The position numbers were made by a program, and so were the translations under genes. From contig CAWJET010000001.1 in assembly GCA_963842085.1 (NCBI GenBank), forward strand, positions 608,001 through 672,000: a stretch of DNA of 64,000 nt, written 5' to 3'. The DNA is from an uncultured delta proteobacterium. Lineage in GTDB: Bacteria; Desulfobacterota; Binatia; Binatales; Binataceae. A model generated the notes under the pieces. It was not told the origin of the DNA and made no database searches. It saw only the letters and a program-made list of their open reading frames with translations. Every line of letters starts with the position of its first letter. Position 1 is the first letter of the stretch. Positions 37,642 to 47,726 of this stretch are shown one piece after another.

Positions 37642-39906
37642 ATGTCGTACAAGCATCCATCGGGCGAGGAATTTGGCGGCGTCATCGGCCGCACGATCGC
37701 GGAGTCGAGACCGTGGTGGCCTGAGCCGAAACTCGCGCAGGGCGCGCCGAACGTCGTAATCGTAGTGCTCGACGATAGCGGCTTTGCGCATCTGGGCTGC
37801 TATGGCTCGACCATCGAGACGCCCAACCTCGACAGGCTGGCCGCCGCGGGCCTGCGTTTCACGGGTTTTCACACCACCGCGCTGTGCTCGCCGTCGCGCG
37901 CGTGCCTGCTCACCGGACGCAATCATCACGCGGTCGGGATGCGCGCCATCTCCAACATGGACACCGGCTTTCCCAACATGCGCGGCGCGATTCCGCGCTC
38001 GGCCGCGACGCTGGCCGAGGTTTTGCGCGACCATGGTCACGCGACGTTCGCCGCCGGCAAGTGGCACCTCGCGCCGATGGCGGAATGCACCGCGGCGGGC
38101 CCTTTGCACAACTGGCCGCTGCAGCGCGGATTCGATCGCTTCTACGGATTCCTGCAGGGTGAGACCGATCAGTTCTATCCGGAACTGACGTCCGACAATC
38201 ACTTCGTCGATACACCCGGCACGGTGGCCGAGGGCTATCACGTGTCCGAGGATATCGTTGACCGCTCGATTGGTTTCATTCGCGACACCAAGTCGCTGGT
38301 GCCCGAACGGCCATTCTTCCTTTACCTGGCCTTCGGCGCGACTCATTCGCCGCATCAGTCGCCGCGCAGCTATCTCGAAAAATATCGCGGACGGTTCGAT
38401 TCGGGCTGGGACGCGGCGCGCGAGGAGTGGTTCGCGCGGCAAAAGCAATTCGGCATCGTGCCCAACGACACGCGGCTCGCGCCGCACAATCCGGGCGTGA
38501 AGCCGTGGGCGCAGCTATCCGAAAGGGAGCGGCTGTTCGCGGCGCGGCTGCAGGAGGCGTTCGCGGCGATGCTGGATCATACCGACGCCCAGATCGGGCG
38601 CCTGGTCGCGTTTCTGAAAGAGCTCAACCTGCTCGACGATACGCTGCTCATCGCGATGTCCGACAACGGCGCCAGCCAGGAAGGCAGCCCGCTCGGTGTG
38701 CTCGACGAGATGCGTTACTTCAACGGCATGCGCGAGGATCTCGATGCGGCGGTCGCGCGGCTGGACGACATCGGCGGACCAAACAGCCATTCGAACATAC
38801 CGTGGGGATGGGCGCAGGCGGGTAACACGCCGCTGAAGTGGTACAAACAGAATACTCATGGCGGCGGAGTGAGGGATCCGCTGGTTATTCATTGGCCCGC
38901 CAAGCTCGGAACGCCAGGACAAATCTGCCGCCAGTTCTGTCACGCGATCGATCTCGCGCCGACCGTGATGGATCTGCTGAATATCGAGCCGCCGAGCGTG
39001 GTCGCCGGGGTGCCGCAAATGCCGGTTCATGGCGTCAGTCTTGCGCCAGCGCTTACCGATCCGAATGCAGCGACGGCGAGAAGCACGCAGTACTTCGAGA
39101 TGCTCGGACACAGGGGGATTTGGCACCGCGGCTGGAAGGCGGTGACGCATCACGAGTCGGGCACGCCGTTCGACGAGGACAAGTGGGAGCTTTACCATCT
39201 CGACGAGGATTTCTCGGAGTGCAATGACCTGGCCGCCGCCGAGCCCAAGCGCCTCAAGGAAATGGTGGAGCTTTGGTGGGCCGAGGCGGAACGTCACGGG
39301 GTGCTGCCGCTCGACGATCGCGGGGCCGCGATGCTGTTCCGCGCCGCAATGCGGCCCGGGCTGCCGACCTCGCGCCGGCGGTTCGTCTACTATCCGCCCA
39401 TCTCACACATCGTCGCCGATGCGTGTCCATCGACCGCGCGCGGGTGGACCATGACCGTCGAACTCGAGCATCCGTCCACCGAGGCCGACGGCGCGCTGGT
39501 CGCGCGTGGCAGCAGCAACAGCGGGTTCGTGCTGTACGTAAAACAGGGCCGAGTGAAGTTCGACTACAACTGCTTTCATCAGCACACCATGGTCGCGTCG
39601 GAGAATCGGCTGGCCGCGGGCCGCCACCAGATCGTCGTGAAGATCGAGAAGACCGACAAGACCGCAGCGCGCGCGGCGCTGCTGGTCGACGGCGTCAAGG
39701 CGGAAGAAGGGCAAATCGCGAACCTGCTGCGCATAATCTCCAGCACTGGAATGGATCTGGGGCGCAGTCTTTCGCCGGTCAACGCGGATTACCAATCGCC
39801 GTTCAAGTATTCGGGACGGATTCCAAGCGTGGTGTTCGAATTGGCGGCCGGACCGCAGGATCGCGAGATCGACGCCCAAGTGCGCGCCGCCATGACGCGG
39901 CAGTAG
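37642..39906 (+). CDS. Arylsulfatase (AtsA-like, cytoplasmic)
   Basis: LDD.G, CSPSR formylglycine motif, LLTGR, GKWHL, SDNG. Confidence 0.95.
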   Translation: MSYKHPSGEEFGGVIGRTIAESRPWWPEPKLAQGAPNVVIVVLDDSGFAHLGCYGSTIETPNLDRLAAAGLRFTGFHTTALCSPSRACLLTGRNHHAVGMRAISNMDTGFPNMRGAIPRSAATLAEVLRDHGHATFAAGKWHLAPMAECTAAGPLHNWPLQRGFDRFYGFLQGETDQFYPELTSDNHFVDTPGTVAEGYHVSEDIVDRSIGFIRDTKSLVPERPFFLYLAFGATHSPHQSPRSYLEKYRGRFDSGWDAAREEWFARQKQFGIVPNDTRLAPHNPGVKPWAQLSERERLFAARLQEAFAAMLDHTDAQIGRLVAFLKELNLLDDTLLIAMSDNGASQEGSPLGVLDEMRYFNGMREDLDAAVARLDDIGGPNSHSNIPWGWAQAGNTPLKWYKQNTHGGGVRDPLVIHWPAKLGTPGQICRQFCHAIDLAPTVMDLLNIEPPSVVAGVPQMPVHGVSLAPALTDPNAATARSTQYFEMLGHRGIWHRGWKAVTHHESGTPFDEDKWELYHLDEDFSECNDLAAAEPKRLKEMVELWWAEAERHGVLPLDDRGAAMLFRAAMRPGLPTSRRRFVYYPPISHIVADACPSTARGWTMTVELEHPSTEADGALVARGSSNSGFVLYVKQGRVKFDYNCFHQHTMVASENRLAAGRHQIVVKIEKTDKTAARAALLVDGVKAEEGQIANLLRIISSTGMDLGRSLSPVNADYQSPFKYSGRIPSVVFELAAGPQDREIDAQVRAAMTRQ

Positions 39907-39960
39907 CTGTGGCGGGCGCACGCTGTAATCGAGCGCTCGCCTGACGCGGAGCTGGAGCGA

Positions 39961-40728
39961 TCAGTACAGCCCGTTTCTCGACAGATCGCGCGCGAGCGAG
40001 TTGGCGAATTCGAGCCCCAGCAACTGGCGAAGTTTCGGCGTCGCGCGTTCCAGCACGGCAGGGGGAACTTTCGCTATCTCCGAATCGAGCGGCCGAATGA
40101 CCTTGAGACCATAGTTGATCAAAAGGGCCACGCGCGGCTCTGCGGTGTGATTTTGCGAAGTGTTGTGCCACAGCAGCCCGTGAGAAACGATCGCATCGCC
40201 GGCGGCGCCGGTTATCTTGATCGCCTCGCGCGCGAAATCCTCGCGATTGGGCCGTGCGCAGCGCAATTGGCTGCGCGGCGCGACCAGCGTCGCGCCGTTG
40301 CGTTCGGTGAAATCCTGCAGCATCCAGATCACTTGAACCATCAAGGGCGGCCGGAGCGTGAACGGCCCACGCATCGCCCAGTATGGGTAGTCGACGTGAA
40401 CCCCCATCTCGGTCGCTCCTGGATACAGAATCCGCGCGGAGTATGCGCCGAGCGTCATGTCGTCGCCGAGCATCGCCTCGGCGATTTCGACAATCGCCGG
40501 ATGCTGCGCCATGCGCTCGAATATCTCGCCATGCGCGAGCAGCCCGCGAACGTGTTGCTGGCCAATCCTTTCATTGCGCCTGCCGAGGGTGGAAACGGAC
40601 GGCGAGGCGGCAATCTCCAGGGCGCGCGAGCGCGCATCCGCCGCTTCGGAGACGGCCATCAAATTCGGGATGAGAACGAATCCCGGCCCATCGATCAGTT
40701 GTTCCACGATCGCGGATAGAGCTGGCAT
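39961..40728 (-). CDS. Phytanoyl-CoA dioxygenase family (2OG-Fe(II))
   Basis: HVD, DFTERNGAT, AGD....HGLLWH, R. Confidence 0.9.
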   Translation of the reverse strand: MPALSAIVEQLIDGPGFVLIPNLMAVSEAADARSRALEIAASPSVSTLGRRNERIGQQHVRGLLAHGEIFERMAQHPAIVEIAEAMLGDDMTLGAYSARILYPGATEMGVHVDYPYWAMRGPFTLRPPLMVQVIWMLQDFTERNGATLVAPRSQLRCARPNREDFAREAIKITGAAGDAIVSHGLLWHNTSQNHTAEPRVALLINYGLKVIRPLDSEIAKVPPAVLERATPKLRQLLGLEFANSLARDLSRNGLY

Positions 40729-40875
40729 AGTGGTCTCCCTCGCGCTGGTTCAGGCTCGATCTCGGATAGCACAATCGCGCCGACCCGATTGAAGCGGACA
40801 TGCATCGCGCTTCTCGCCATTAATTTCGGCATCGGGCGCAACGAGTTGATCGGCCGGTTTGTCAATGGAGTTGCC

Positions 40876-41517
40876 TCAGGCGGCGCCGCGCGTCGCTTCG
40901 CGGAGCTTTCTTCCCAGAGCAGCCGCTTCGCCCGAAAGCGGATTCGTCGTTATGACCCTGATGTCTTTGGCGAGGTAGCGCTCAACCGCATGCAACATCC
41001 CGATGAACAGAATCCCAATCTCGCCGGGCTGCAGAGTGCGAGCGATTCGCTGTGCCATGAATCGGTCGCGCTTCTCAATCAGCGCCGCGCCTTCTTCGAC
41101 CGTCGGCCCAGCTTTCGCCGCCGCGCCTGATTGGGCGAGGAGCTGTTTCACGCGCTGGTATTCCTCGATCAGAAGCTCCCCGGATTCTGTGCCCATTATG
41201 GTCGCACCCTCTTTGGCAAGCTCCGCTATGATGCGATGATTGCGGCTCCCCGCTTGAGCAAGCTCGTTGACGATTTCCATCTCACGTCCGCAGACTGGGA
41301 GGCCGTCCTGGTAAATCCGCACTCTGGCGTGGGGCACAGCGACTTCGGCAAGCATCGTTTCGATATTGTCCCAAAGGTCACCGACGACGGCTTCTCTCTT
41401 TTGGAGCGAGCGCGGATGAAGTTCCTTGGCGAGCCGGCTCCCGATTTCCTTCGCCAGCGTGCCCATCTCGGCCTGGGTATGAATTATCGGTATATGAATG
41501 AGGACTCTGTCCGCCAC
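40876..41517 (-). CDS. Hypothetical protein, last gene of the gas-vesicle cluster
   Basis: Co-oriented downstream of the gvpL/F genes. Motifs PIIH, YQDGLP, E.RD..A, FIGMLH suggest a TraB/ChaN/EreA-like fold (inference). Confidence 0.7.
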   Translation of the reverse strand: MADRVLIHIPIIHTQAEMGTLAKEIGSRLAKELHPRSLQKREAVVGDLWDNIETMLAEVAVPHARVRIYQDGLPVCGREMEIVNELAQAGSRNHRIIAELAKEGATIMGTESGELLIEEYQRVKQLLAQSGAAAKAGPTVEEGAALIEKRDRFMAQRIARTLQPGEIGILFIGMLHAVERYLAKDIRVITTNPLSGEAAALGRKLREATRGAA

Positions 41518-41594
41518 GGGCTACCTATATACCTCAGGTCGCAGAGCGTAAACGCGAGCGGCGCGTCAAATCGCGAAGATATAGCGCTTAGATG

Positions 41595-42311
41595 TCAGAT
41601 AGTTAGCGCGGGGGTGCTGGTCGAGACGAAGTTATACGGTGGCCATGGTCCGCTGACTTCGATCGCGCGACGACGATCTGCCAGCAACGCGCGGGTGAAT
41701 TCCGCGACGCCCTCGCGCGGGACCAGGAAGTGGATCGTCAACTTTGACTTCCAATCGTGACCCGATTGTCCGGGAATGGCGCGGATGAACTTCCCCTCGG
41801 CCATCGCGCAGAGTGCTCTGCGAGCTTTCTCGCGCCGCGCGCCCGATTGATCGACGAGCGCGTAATGCTTCCGCCGCCCGGCGAGATAGCCGATGCCGGA
41901 TGGGTTCGCGGACGATAACTGCCGCGAAGGCGGCGTCGCGCGAACCTGGTCGGGATCTTCGAAGGGCACGACGGCGGACATTTCCACGCGACCGTCGAGT
42001 TCGTCGAGCAGCGCGCCGAACGTGCCCCGCTCTCGCTTAAGAAACTCCGCGACGTCGCCGATGGTTTTGAAGCGGCAGCCGTATCGCATAGGAATAACGG
42101 TGCGCTCATGGTTGAACGACTCGACTATTTTCGAATAGACGAGGAGGCGCGCCACGTCCGGGTCCGCATCCGCCAGCGACAGCCTGGATACGATCGCACC
42201 CAGCCGATCGGTCCGCGCCATGATCGAAGCGCGCGGATAGCCGATGAACCTGAGCTTTTCACGCGGTTCTCTGCGGTCACCGTGCACGATGCCGTAAAGT
42301 AGAAAGCTCAC
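41595..42311 (-). CDS. GvpL/GvpF family gas vesicle protein
   Basis: LYGI, TVIPMRYG, VEM, FLV, SGPWPPYNF. Confidence 0.9.
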   Translation of the reverse strand: MSFLLYGIVHGDRREPREKLRFIGYPRASIMARTDRLGAIVSRLSLADADPDVARLLVYSKIVESFNHERTVIPMRYGCRFKTIGDVAEFLKRERGTFGALLDELDGRVEMSAVVPFEDPDQVRATPPSRQLSSANPSGIGYLAGRRKHYALVDQSGARREKARRALCAMAEGKFIRAIPGQSGHDWKSKLTIHFLVPREGVAEFTRALLADRRRAIEVSGPWPPYNFVSTSTPALTI

Positions 42312-43096
42312 GGCGGTGAGTCCAGGTGCGGACAGAAGCTGTACGGCGGCCAGGGTCCGGTGAGCGCGAAGCTCAGACCGTCCTCGGCGCGCGCGCGGTT
42401 GATAGCCTCGATGCGGCGGTGAAATCCAGCGATCCGGTCGCGCGCCAGCAGCGCCGCCAGGTTCAGGACCTCCTCACGCCCATCGGGCTGCATTGAATCA
42501 CCCAGAATTCGGCGCTGACACGAACGCGTCGCACATTGGTCGAGCGCGTCGGCAACTGTTGCGAGATTCCGTTCCAGCCACGCACCCGACTGCTGGTTCG
42601 CCCTCTGCTCGGCGCGGCGTTCGCGCATATATCGAAGACCGGGCGAGACGGCGGCGGATTCCGCTTGCGAGTTCGATTCGATCAGCGATCGCTTGAGCCG
42701 TCCGCGGTCAAGCAACGCCTTGATGCCCCATTCCTCGCAACCGGCCGCATATTGGAAGAACCCCTTGATTAGGTCGGCGTTTCGCGCCAGGAACTCTTCC
42801 AAGATCCGGGACGACGAGAACAGTGTGCCGAACGGAACCGGCAACACGGGGCTGGCACGAAAGACCTCGGCGATGACGCGTCCATGGTCGAGCGCGCGCG
42901 GCGTCACCCACGCCGGGTCTTCGAGCCGCCGGTCCGCGTCGGGTCCGCAGAATTCGTCGAGCGAAACGCGTTTCGCGATGGCGCAGAGATCGCCGTGGCG
43001 ATGCAGGAACAAGCGGTCGAGCTTGGACGACGACTCGGGAAAGCCCGGGCACTGCATATTGCTGAGACAGAAGATATATATTCCGGCGTCCATCAA
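42308..43096 (-). CDS. GvpL/GvpF family gas vesicle protein
   Basis: PVLPVPFGTLF, EEWGIK, LNLAALL, TGPWPPYSF. Confidence 0.92.
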   Translation of the reverse strand: MMDAGIYIFCLSNMQCPGFPESSSKLDRLFLHRHGDLCAIAKRVSLDEFCGPDADRRLEDPAWVTPRALDHGRVIAEVFRASPVLPVPFGTLFSSSRILEEFLARNADLIKGFFQYAAGCEEWGIKALLDRGRLKRSLIESNSQAESAAVSPGLRYMRERRAEQRANQQSGAWLERNLATVADALDQCATRSCQRRILGDSMQPDGREEVLNLAALLARDRIAGFHRRIEAINRARAEDGLSFALTGPWPPYSFCPHLDSPP

Positions 43097-45249
43097 CTTA
43101 GACCGGAGTTGCTTTCGGTCAATTGAGCTGCGAGATCTTCCGCCTCGACGCGCACGGCAACGCTGGAACCGGGTTTGTCAGCGAGTCGCTGCACCGCGCG
43201 ACGAACCGCGCTCAACCCGGCTTTCCTGCATAGCGCCGCCAGTTCGGCACCGCTGTAGCCTTCGGTATCCCGGGCGAGATGATCGAGGCTGACCTGCGGC
43301 GCGACCGACCTGCCGCGCAAATGCACTTCGAGGATGGCTTTGCGATCTGCCTGGTCAGGCGGCGGAATCTCGATGATCTCGTCGAAACGTCCCGGGCGGA
43401 GCACCGCGGGATCGAGCCGGTCGAGCCGGTTGGTCGCCCCCAGCACCAGCACCCCTTTTAGTTCCTCGATTCCGTCGAACTCGCTGAGAAACTGGCTGAG
43501 CACGCGATCGGCAACCGGGTCGGCCGAGAGGCCGCCGCCGCGAGTCGGCACCAGCGCGTCGATTTCGTCGAAAAAAATGATCGCCGGTGCGGCCTGGCGC
43601 GCCTTGCGAAAAATATCGCGCAGGCCGCGTTCCGAATCGCCTACCCATTTCGAGAGCAGTTCGGGGCCCTTCACCGACAGGAAATTGACGTTGCTCTCGG
43701 TTGCCAAGGCCTTCGCCAGCAGCGTCTTGCCGCATCCCGGCGCGCCCACCAGCAAAATCCCCTTGGGCGGCGTCAGATGAGCCTGGGCGAACAGTTCGCC
43801 ATACTTCAGCGGCCATTCGACGCTCTCGCGAAGCCGCTGCTTGGTCTCCAGCAGCCCGCCGATGTCGCTCCAGGCAACGTTCGGCACCTCGACGAACACC
43901 TCGCGAATGGCAGACGGCTCGACTTCGCACAGGGCGTTGCGGAAGTCATCCATCCGCACTTCGATTTTCGAGAGCCGTTCATAGAAGATCTGCTCGGTCG
44001 CGGAATCGATGTCGGGCAGGATGCCGCGCAAGGTCAGCATCGCGGCCTCCCGGCACAGCGCCTCCAAATCGGCGCCGACGAAGCCGTGGGTGATCGAGGC
44101 AAGATGCGGCAGATCGACGTCGGCCGCCAGCGGCATTCCGCGGCTGTGAATCTCCAGCATCTCGAGCCGCGCCGAGCGATCTGGAATCGGGATGGCGAGT
44201 TCGCGATCAAAGCGTCCGGGACGGCGCAGCGCGGGATCGAGCGCGTTGGGCAGGTTGGTGGCGCCAATCACGATCACGTTCTGGCGTTGATTGAGCCCGT
44301 CCATCAGCGCGAGCAACTGCGCGACGATCCGCTTTTCGACCTCGCCGGTGACGCGTTCGCGCTGCGGTGCGATCGCATCGATCTCGTCGATAAAAATTAT
44401 GCTTGGTCCTTTGCGGGCCGCATCTTCGAAAATCCTGCGCAGGCGCGCTTCACTTTCGCCGTAGAATTTATGAACGATCTCGGGGCCGCTGACTGAGAAG
44501 AAGTTCGCCTCGGTTTCGTGCGCGATCGCGCGCGCGATCAGCGTCTTGCCGCATCCCGGCGGGCCGTGGAGCAAGACGCCCTTGGGCGCGTCGATTCCCA
44601 GCCGAGCGAAAATCTCGGGGTGGCGCAGCGGCAACTCGATCATCTCGCGAATTCGCTGGAGTTGCGGCTTGAGGCCGCCGATATCCTCATAAGAAATGGA
44701 ACGCGCCGCCGGTCCGGCGGACAGCTCTCCGATGATGAGCCGGGTGGTCGGCGCGATCACGACCGGACCCCTTGGCACCGTGGCTTCGACTTTGAAATCC
44801 GCCCAGCGGCTGCCGAACAGCGTCGCGCGGATTCCATTCCCCTCGAGCACCGGCAGGCCGTCGAGCAGGCTGCCGATGTAGTCGAGGTCGCGCTCCGACG
44901 GGCGCACGTTGGTCGGTGCGAGCGTCACCTGGTCGGCGACCCGACACGCTACTTTGCGAATGGTCACGAATTCGCCCAGTCCCGCGCCCGCGCTCTCGCG
45001 GCTGACGCCGTCCATCTGGACCGACGATTTGCCGCGCGACTCGGCATGCGCCGGCATCAGCTTGCACACGGTCTTGCGCTTGCCGGAAACTTCGACGGTA
45101 TCGCCGATTGCGGCGCCCATCCTGAGCATGTCCTCGGGACTAATCCGGGCATAGGCGTGGCCGGTATCCTTGGTCATCGCCTCCGCGACCTTGAGCTTGA
45201 TACCGCCGGCGGCGGGCTCGGCCGGCTCGATGGGTGCGGCGCTGTTCAT
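43093..45249 (-). CDS. CDC48/VAT-family AAA+ ATPase (GvpZ-like position)
   Basis: N-domain LKVAEA..D.G..ARI; two AAA modules (GPPGCGKT/DEID/RPGRFD and GAPGCGKT/DEID/RPGRFD). Confidence 0.95.
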   Translation of the reverse strand: MNSAAPIEPAEPAAGGIKLKVAEAMTKDTGHAYARISPEDMLRMGAAIGDTVEVSGKRKTVCKLMPAHAESRGKSSVQMDGVSRESAGAGLGEFVTIRKVACRVADQVTLAPTNVRPSERDLDYIGSLLDGLPVLEGNGIRATLFGSRWADFKVEATVPRGPVVIAPTTRLIIGELSAGPAARSISYEDIGGLKPQLQRIREMIELPLRHPEIFARLGIDAPKGVLLHGPPGCGKTLIARAIAHETEANFFSVSGPEIVHKFYGESEARLRRIFEDAARKGPSIIFIDEIDAIAPQRERVTGEVEKRIVAQLLALMDGLNQRQNVIVIGATNLPNALDPALRRPGRFDRELAIPIPDRSARLEMLEIHSRGMPLAADVDLPHLASITHGFVGADLEALCREAAMLTLRGILPDIDSATEQIFYERLSKIEVRMDDFRNALCEVEPSAIREVFVEVPNVAWSDIGGLLETKQRLRESVEWPLKYGELFAQAHLTPPKGILLVGAPGCGKTLLAKALATESNVNFLSVKGPELLSKWVGDSERGLRDIFRKARQAAPAIIFFDEIDALVPTRGGGLSADPVADRVLSQFLSEFDGIEELKGVLVLGATNRLDRLDPAVLRPGRFDEIIEIPPPDQADRKAILEVHLRGRSVAPQVSLDHLARDTEGYSGAELAALCRKAGLSAVRRAVQRLADKPGSSVAVRVEAEDLAAQLTESNSGLS

Positions 45250-45755
45250 TTCAGCGGACAGCTGATCTCAACGATCCCGTTGTTGCAGGCAACTTCGATG
45301 CGGCTGCGCACGACCGGCTTGGGCAGCAGTATCTCCTTGCGATACTTGCGGTCGCGGTGCGAAGCCTCGACGTTCATCACGTCGCCGTCGACCGAGACCG
45401 AGATGTCGTCGGCGGTGATTCCCGGCATCTCGGCGATCACGAGGATGCGGTCCTTCTCCTCGATGACGTCGAAGAGCGGTTCGCGGACTTCATGGACGAC
45501 AGCGTGACGCGTCTTCTTGTCCAACTTGACGTTGCCGAAAGGCTCGATATTGACGGCGTCGCCGCCAAGCCCGACTTTCATGCGGAAGCCGTACACGCCC
45601 TTGAGCTTGTCGTCCTGGCTGAGCACGCCCTCGCGACGCATTTCGCGGCCGGTCTCGGCGAGCTCGCCCAGTTTCTCGATCAGGTCGGACAGGCCCTTGA
45701 CGAATCCTGCGCCGGATGCGCGGCTGTCGGGCATCGATTTTCGTTTAGCGTTCAT
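45246..45755 (-). CDS. Hsp20-type gas vesicle protein (GvpH-like)
   Basis: EPFGN, VREPLFDV, AEMPG, RKYRKEILLP, NNGIVEI. Confidence 0.85.
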   Translation of the reverse strand: MNAKRKSMPDSRASGAGFVKGLSDLIEKLGELAETGREMRREGVLSQDDKLKGVYGFRMKVGLGGDAVNIEPFGNVKLDKKTRHAVVHEVREPLFDVIEEKDRILVIAEMPGITADDISVSVDGDVMNVEASHRDRKYRKEILLPKPVVRSRIEVACNNGIVEISCPLK

Positions 45756-46086
45756 TGTGAGTCTCCTTTGCAACCAGCGCGCGATTGGCCGCCAGCTCGG
45801 CTTCGAGTCTTGCGATCCGAGCTTCGAAGCCTTGATCGGGGGCGGGCAACTGCTGCTGACCCTCGGCAAGCGCTTCGACCCGCTGGGGATTCCACCAATC
45901 AAGCCCGAGCTCCTTGGCCTTTTCGACCGAGCACACGACCAAGCGGATTTGAATCGTAAGCAGTTCCACCTCGACCAGTTTGATCTTGATGTCGCCGGCG
46001 ATGACGATTCCCTTGTCCAGCACCCGTTCGAGCAGGTCTGCGAGCGTCGACGACTGGACTGAATGCTGCATGGATTGTGAAGACAT
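45745..46086 (-). CDS. gvpJ: GvpA/J-family gas vesicle protein
   Basis: LADLLERVLDKGIVIAGDI, KAKELGLDWW. Confidence 0.88.
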   Translation of the reverse strand: MSSQSMQHSVQSSTLADLLERVLDKGIVIAGDIKIKLVEVELLTIQIRLVVCSVEKAKELGLDWWNPQRVEALAEGQQQLPAPDQGFEARIARLEAELAANRALVAKETHNER

Positions 46087-46099
46087 GAATCGAGCTACC

Positions 46100-46477
46100 T
46101 CAAACCAGTTTGCCCAGCGGTCCGAGGTCGATATTCAGGTCCTCAGGCGAGAGCCCGAATCCTTCGCGAAGGGCGTCTATTTGTTCACTCTGCCGCATCA
46201 AGGTCAGTCCCAGGCGCTCGCAATCGGCCTCGCTCAGGCGGCCGGATTCGATCCGTGCGAGGGCCTGGCGTTCGAGCAATTCGTGGAGCAGATTCACCAA
46301 TGCCAGCACCAATTGCGCGAGCCCGTTCTTGAGATCGTCGGGTTTCAAATTGACCCGGCGCTCGCCCCTGGCATCCGGCGGGTCGCCTAGCAGGGTCTCG
46401 CCGAATCCGCTGTCGCGCCGCCGGGAAAGCCGCTCGCGTGTCGGCTTGCCGGCCGGGCGGCGGGCCGCATTATTCAT
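46100..46477 (-). CDS. gvpK: Gas vesicle protein K
   Basis: GLAQLVL.LV.LL.ELLERQA.., ERLGLTLM, DLNIDLGPLGKL. Confidence 0.95.
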   Translation of the reverse strand: MNNAARRPAGKPTRERLSRRRDSGFGETLLGDPPDARGERRVNLKPDDLKNGLAQLVLALVNLLHELLERQALARIESGRLSEADCERLGLTLMRQSEQIDALREGFGLSPEDLNIDLGPLGKLV

Positions 46478-46673
46478 CGCGTGCCGCCTCGACCGAGCTG
46501 ATCATGACTTGCAGGCCGAGGTAGATAAGGTCGATATCGGCGACCGAGATAGTGACCTCACCCGCGACCACCGCGCCCTTGTTCAACACCCGATCGAGGG
46601 TTTCGCAGAGCGAGACACGCTCGCTCGGACGCATCGCGAGGTTTTCCAGGGGATGCGCGCGCTCAGTCTTCAT
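46470..46673 (-). CDS. GvpA/J/S-family gas vesicle protein
   Basis: SLCETLDRVLNKGAVVAGEVTISVADIDL. Alternative start at 46718. Confidence 0.88.
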   Translation of the reverse strand: MKTERAHPLENLAMRPSERVSLCETLDRVLNKGAVVAGEVTISVADIDLIYLGLQVMISSVEAARDE

Positions 46674-46935
46674 CGTCGTGGTTTCCTTCGGCGCTCTCGA
46701 GGCCTTCGTGCTGTTCATTGAGCCGGTCGAGGCGATCGAGCAATTCCTTCTCGCGCGTTTCGAACTGCGATTCGGTGATGGCGCCGGTTTCGAGCTTTCG
46801 ATGCAGCTCGCTCAAGTCCGTGGTGATGCGCGCGGCATCGTTCTCGAGTTCTTCCTGCGCGGCCTCATGAACTTTGCGCATCACCCAGATCAAAAAGCTG
46901 CCGGGCGCCAGCAGTATATCGTCGATTAGGAACAT
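46663..46935 (-). CDS. gvpG: Gas vesicle protein G
   Basis: MFLIDDILLAP...L.ELHRKLETGAITE.QF..RE.ELLDRL. Confidence 0.92.
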   Translation of the reverse strand: MFLIDDILLAPGSFLIWVMRKVHEAAQEELENDAARITTDLSELHRKLETGAITESQFETREKELLDRLDRLNEQHEGLESAEGNHDDED

Positions 46936-46940
46936 CGCGG

Positions 46941-47726
46941 CTAATTCCTGATGGTGATCTCGGCAAAGCTGTGGGGCGGCCACGGGCCGTTGTAGTCGAA
47001 GGCGAAGTTGTTGTCGAAATGAGTCGCCGCGCGGAACACGCCTTGCTCGAATTCCGCACGCCGGTCCTTTCCGACCAGGCATGCGAGGTTCATTATCTCG
47101 CGATCGTCGCGCGGCGGACCGCGCTTGATTGCCGCGCATAGCGGTCCGAGTTCTTCCTCGACCGTCGCGCAATGGGCCACGCGATCGGCTTCGTGCAGCC
47201 GCTCGAACATCCGTCCCAACTCGATCCGATCATTCTGCGAAGGCTGGTTGGAGCCGCCGAACAGGCGGTCGCGCTCCGCCTTGAGCTCCGGATGGGTGTC
47301 GACGAAGTATTCGAAGATGTTGGGGACGTCCCATACCACCCGCACACCCATCTCCAGTTTTCCCGCGATCTGCCTGAGTTGGCTGGCGAAGATCTCGCGA
47401 TTGGACGCGAGCAGGCTTTTGATTTCGTTGGCATTCGCCGCGATGGTACCGAAGCGCATGGGCAGGACCGCTTCTTCCACCGCCATCAGGCCGCTCAAGA
47501 CCGCGCGATGGGCCGCGAGGTTACGCCGCTGCGGACGGATCCGATCGTTCTCGAGGTCGCTGACCACGGCCGCCATCCCGCGATGCGCGATGGTATAGAT
47601 CGGCCGATCGTCCAGCCCTTTGAAATCGAGGACCTGCGCCGCACTCTGCGCGACTACCGCATAGATGTAGCGGCCATGCGCGGCTTTGGCGCCGGCGTCG
47701 ATCCGACGCGACGGCTCCCCGCTCAT
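46941..47726 (-). CDS. gvpF: GvpF/GvpL family gas vesicle protein
   Basis: YIYAV, AAVVS, LPMRFG, EMGVRV.W, GPWPPHSF; gvpF position before gvpG. Confidence 0.9.
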   Translation of the reverse strand: MSGEPSRRIDAGAKAAHGRYIYAVVAQSAAQVLDFKGLDDRPIYTIAHRGMAAVVSDLENDRIRPQRRNLAAHRAVLSGLMAVEEAVLPMRFGTIAANANEIKSLLASNREIFASQLRQIAGKLEMGVRVVWDVPNIFEYFVDTHPELKAERDRLFGGSNQPSQNDRIELGRMFERLHEADRVAHCATVEEELGPLCAAIKRGPPRDDREIMNLACLVGKDRRAEFEQGVFRAATHFDNNFAFDYNGPWPPHSFAEITIRN

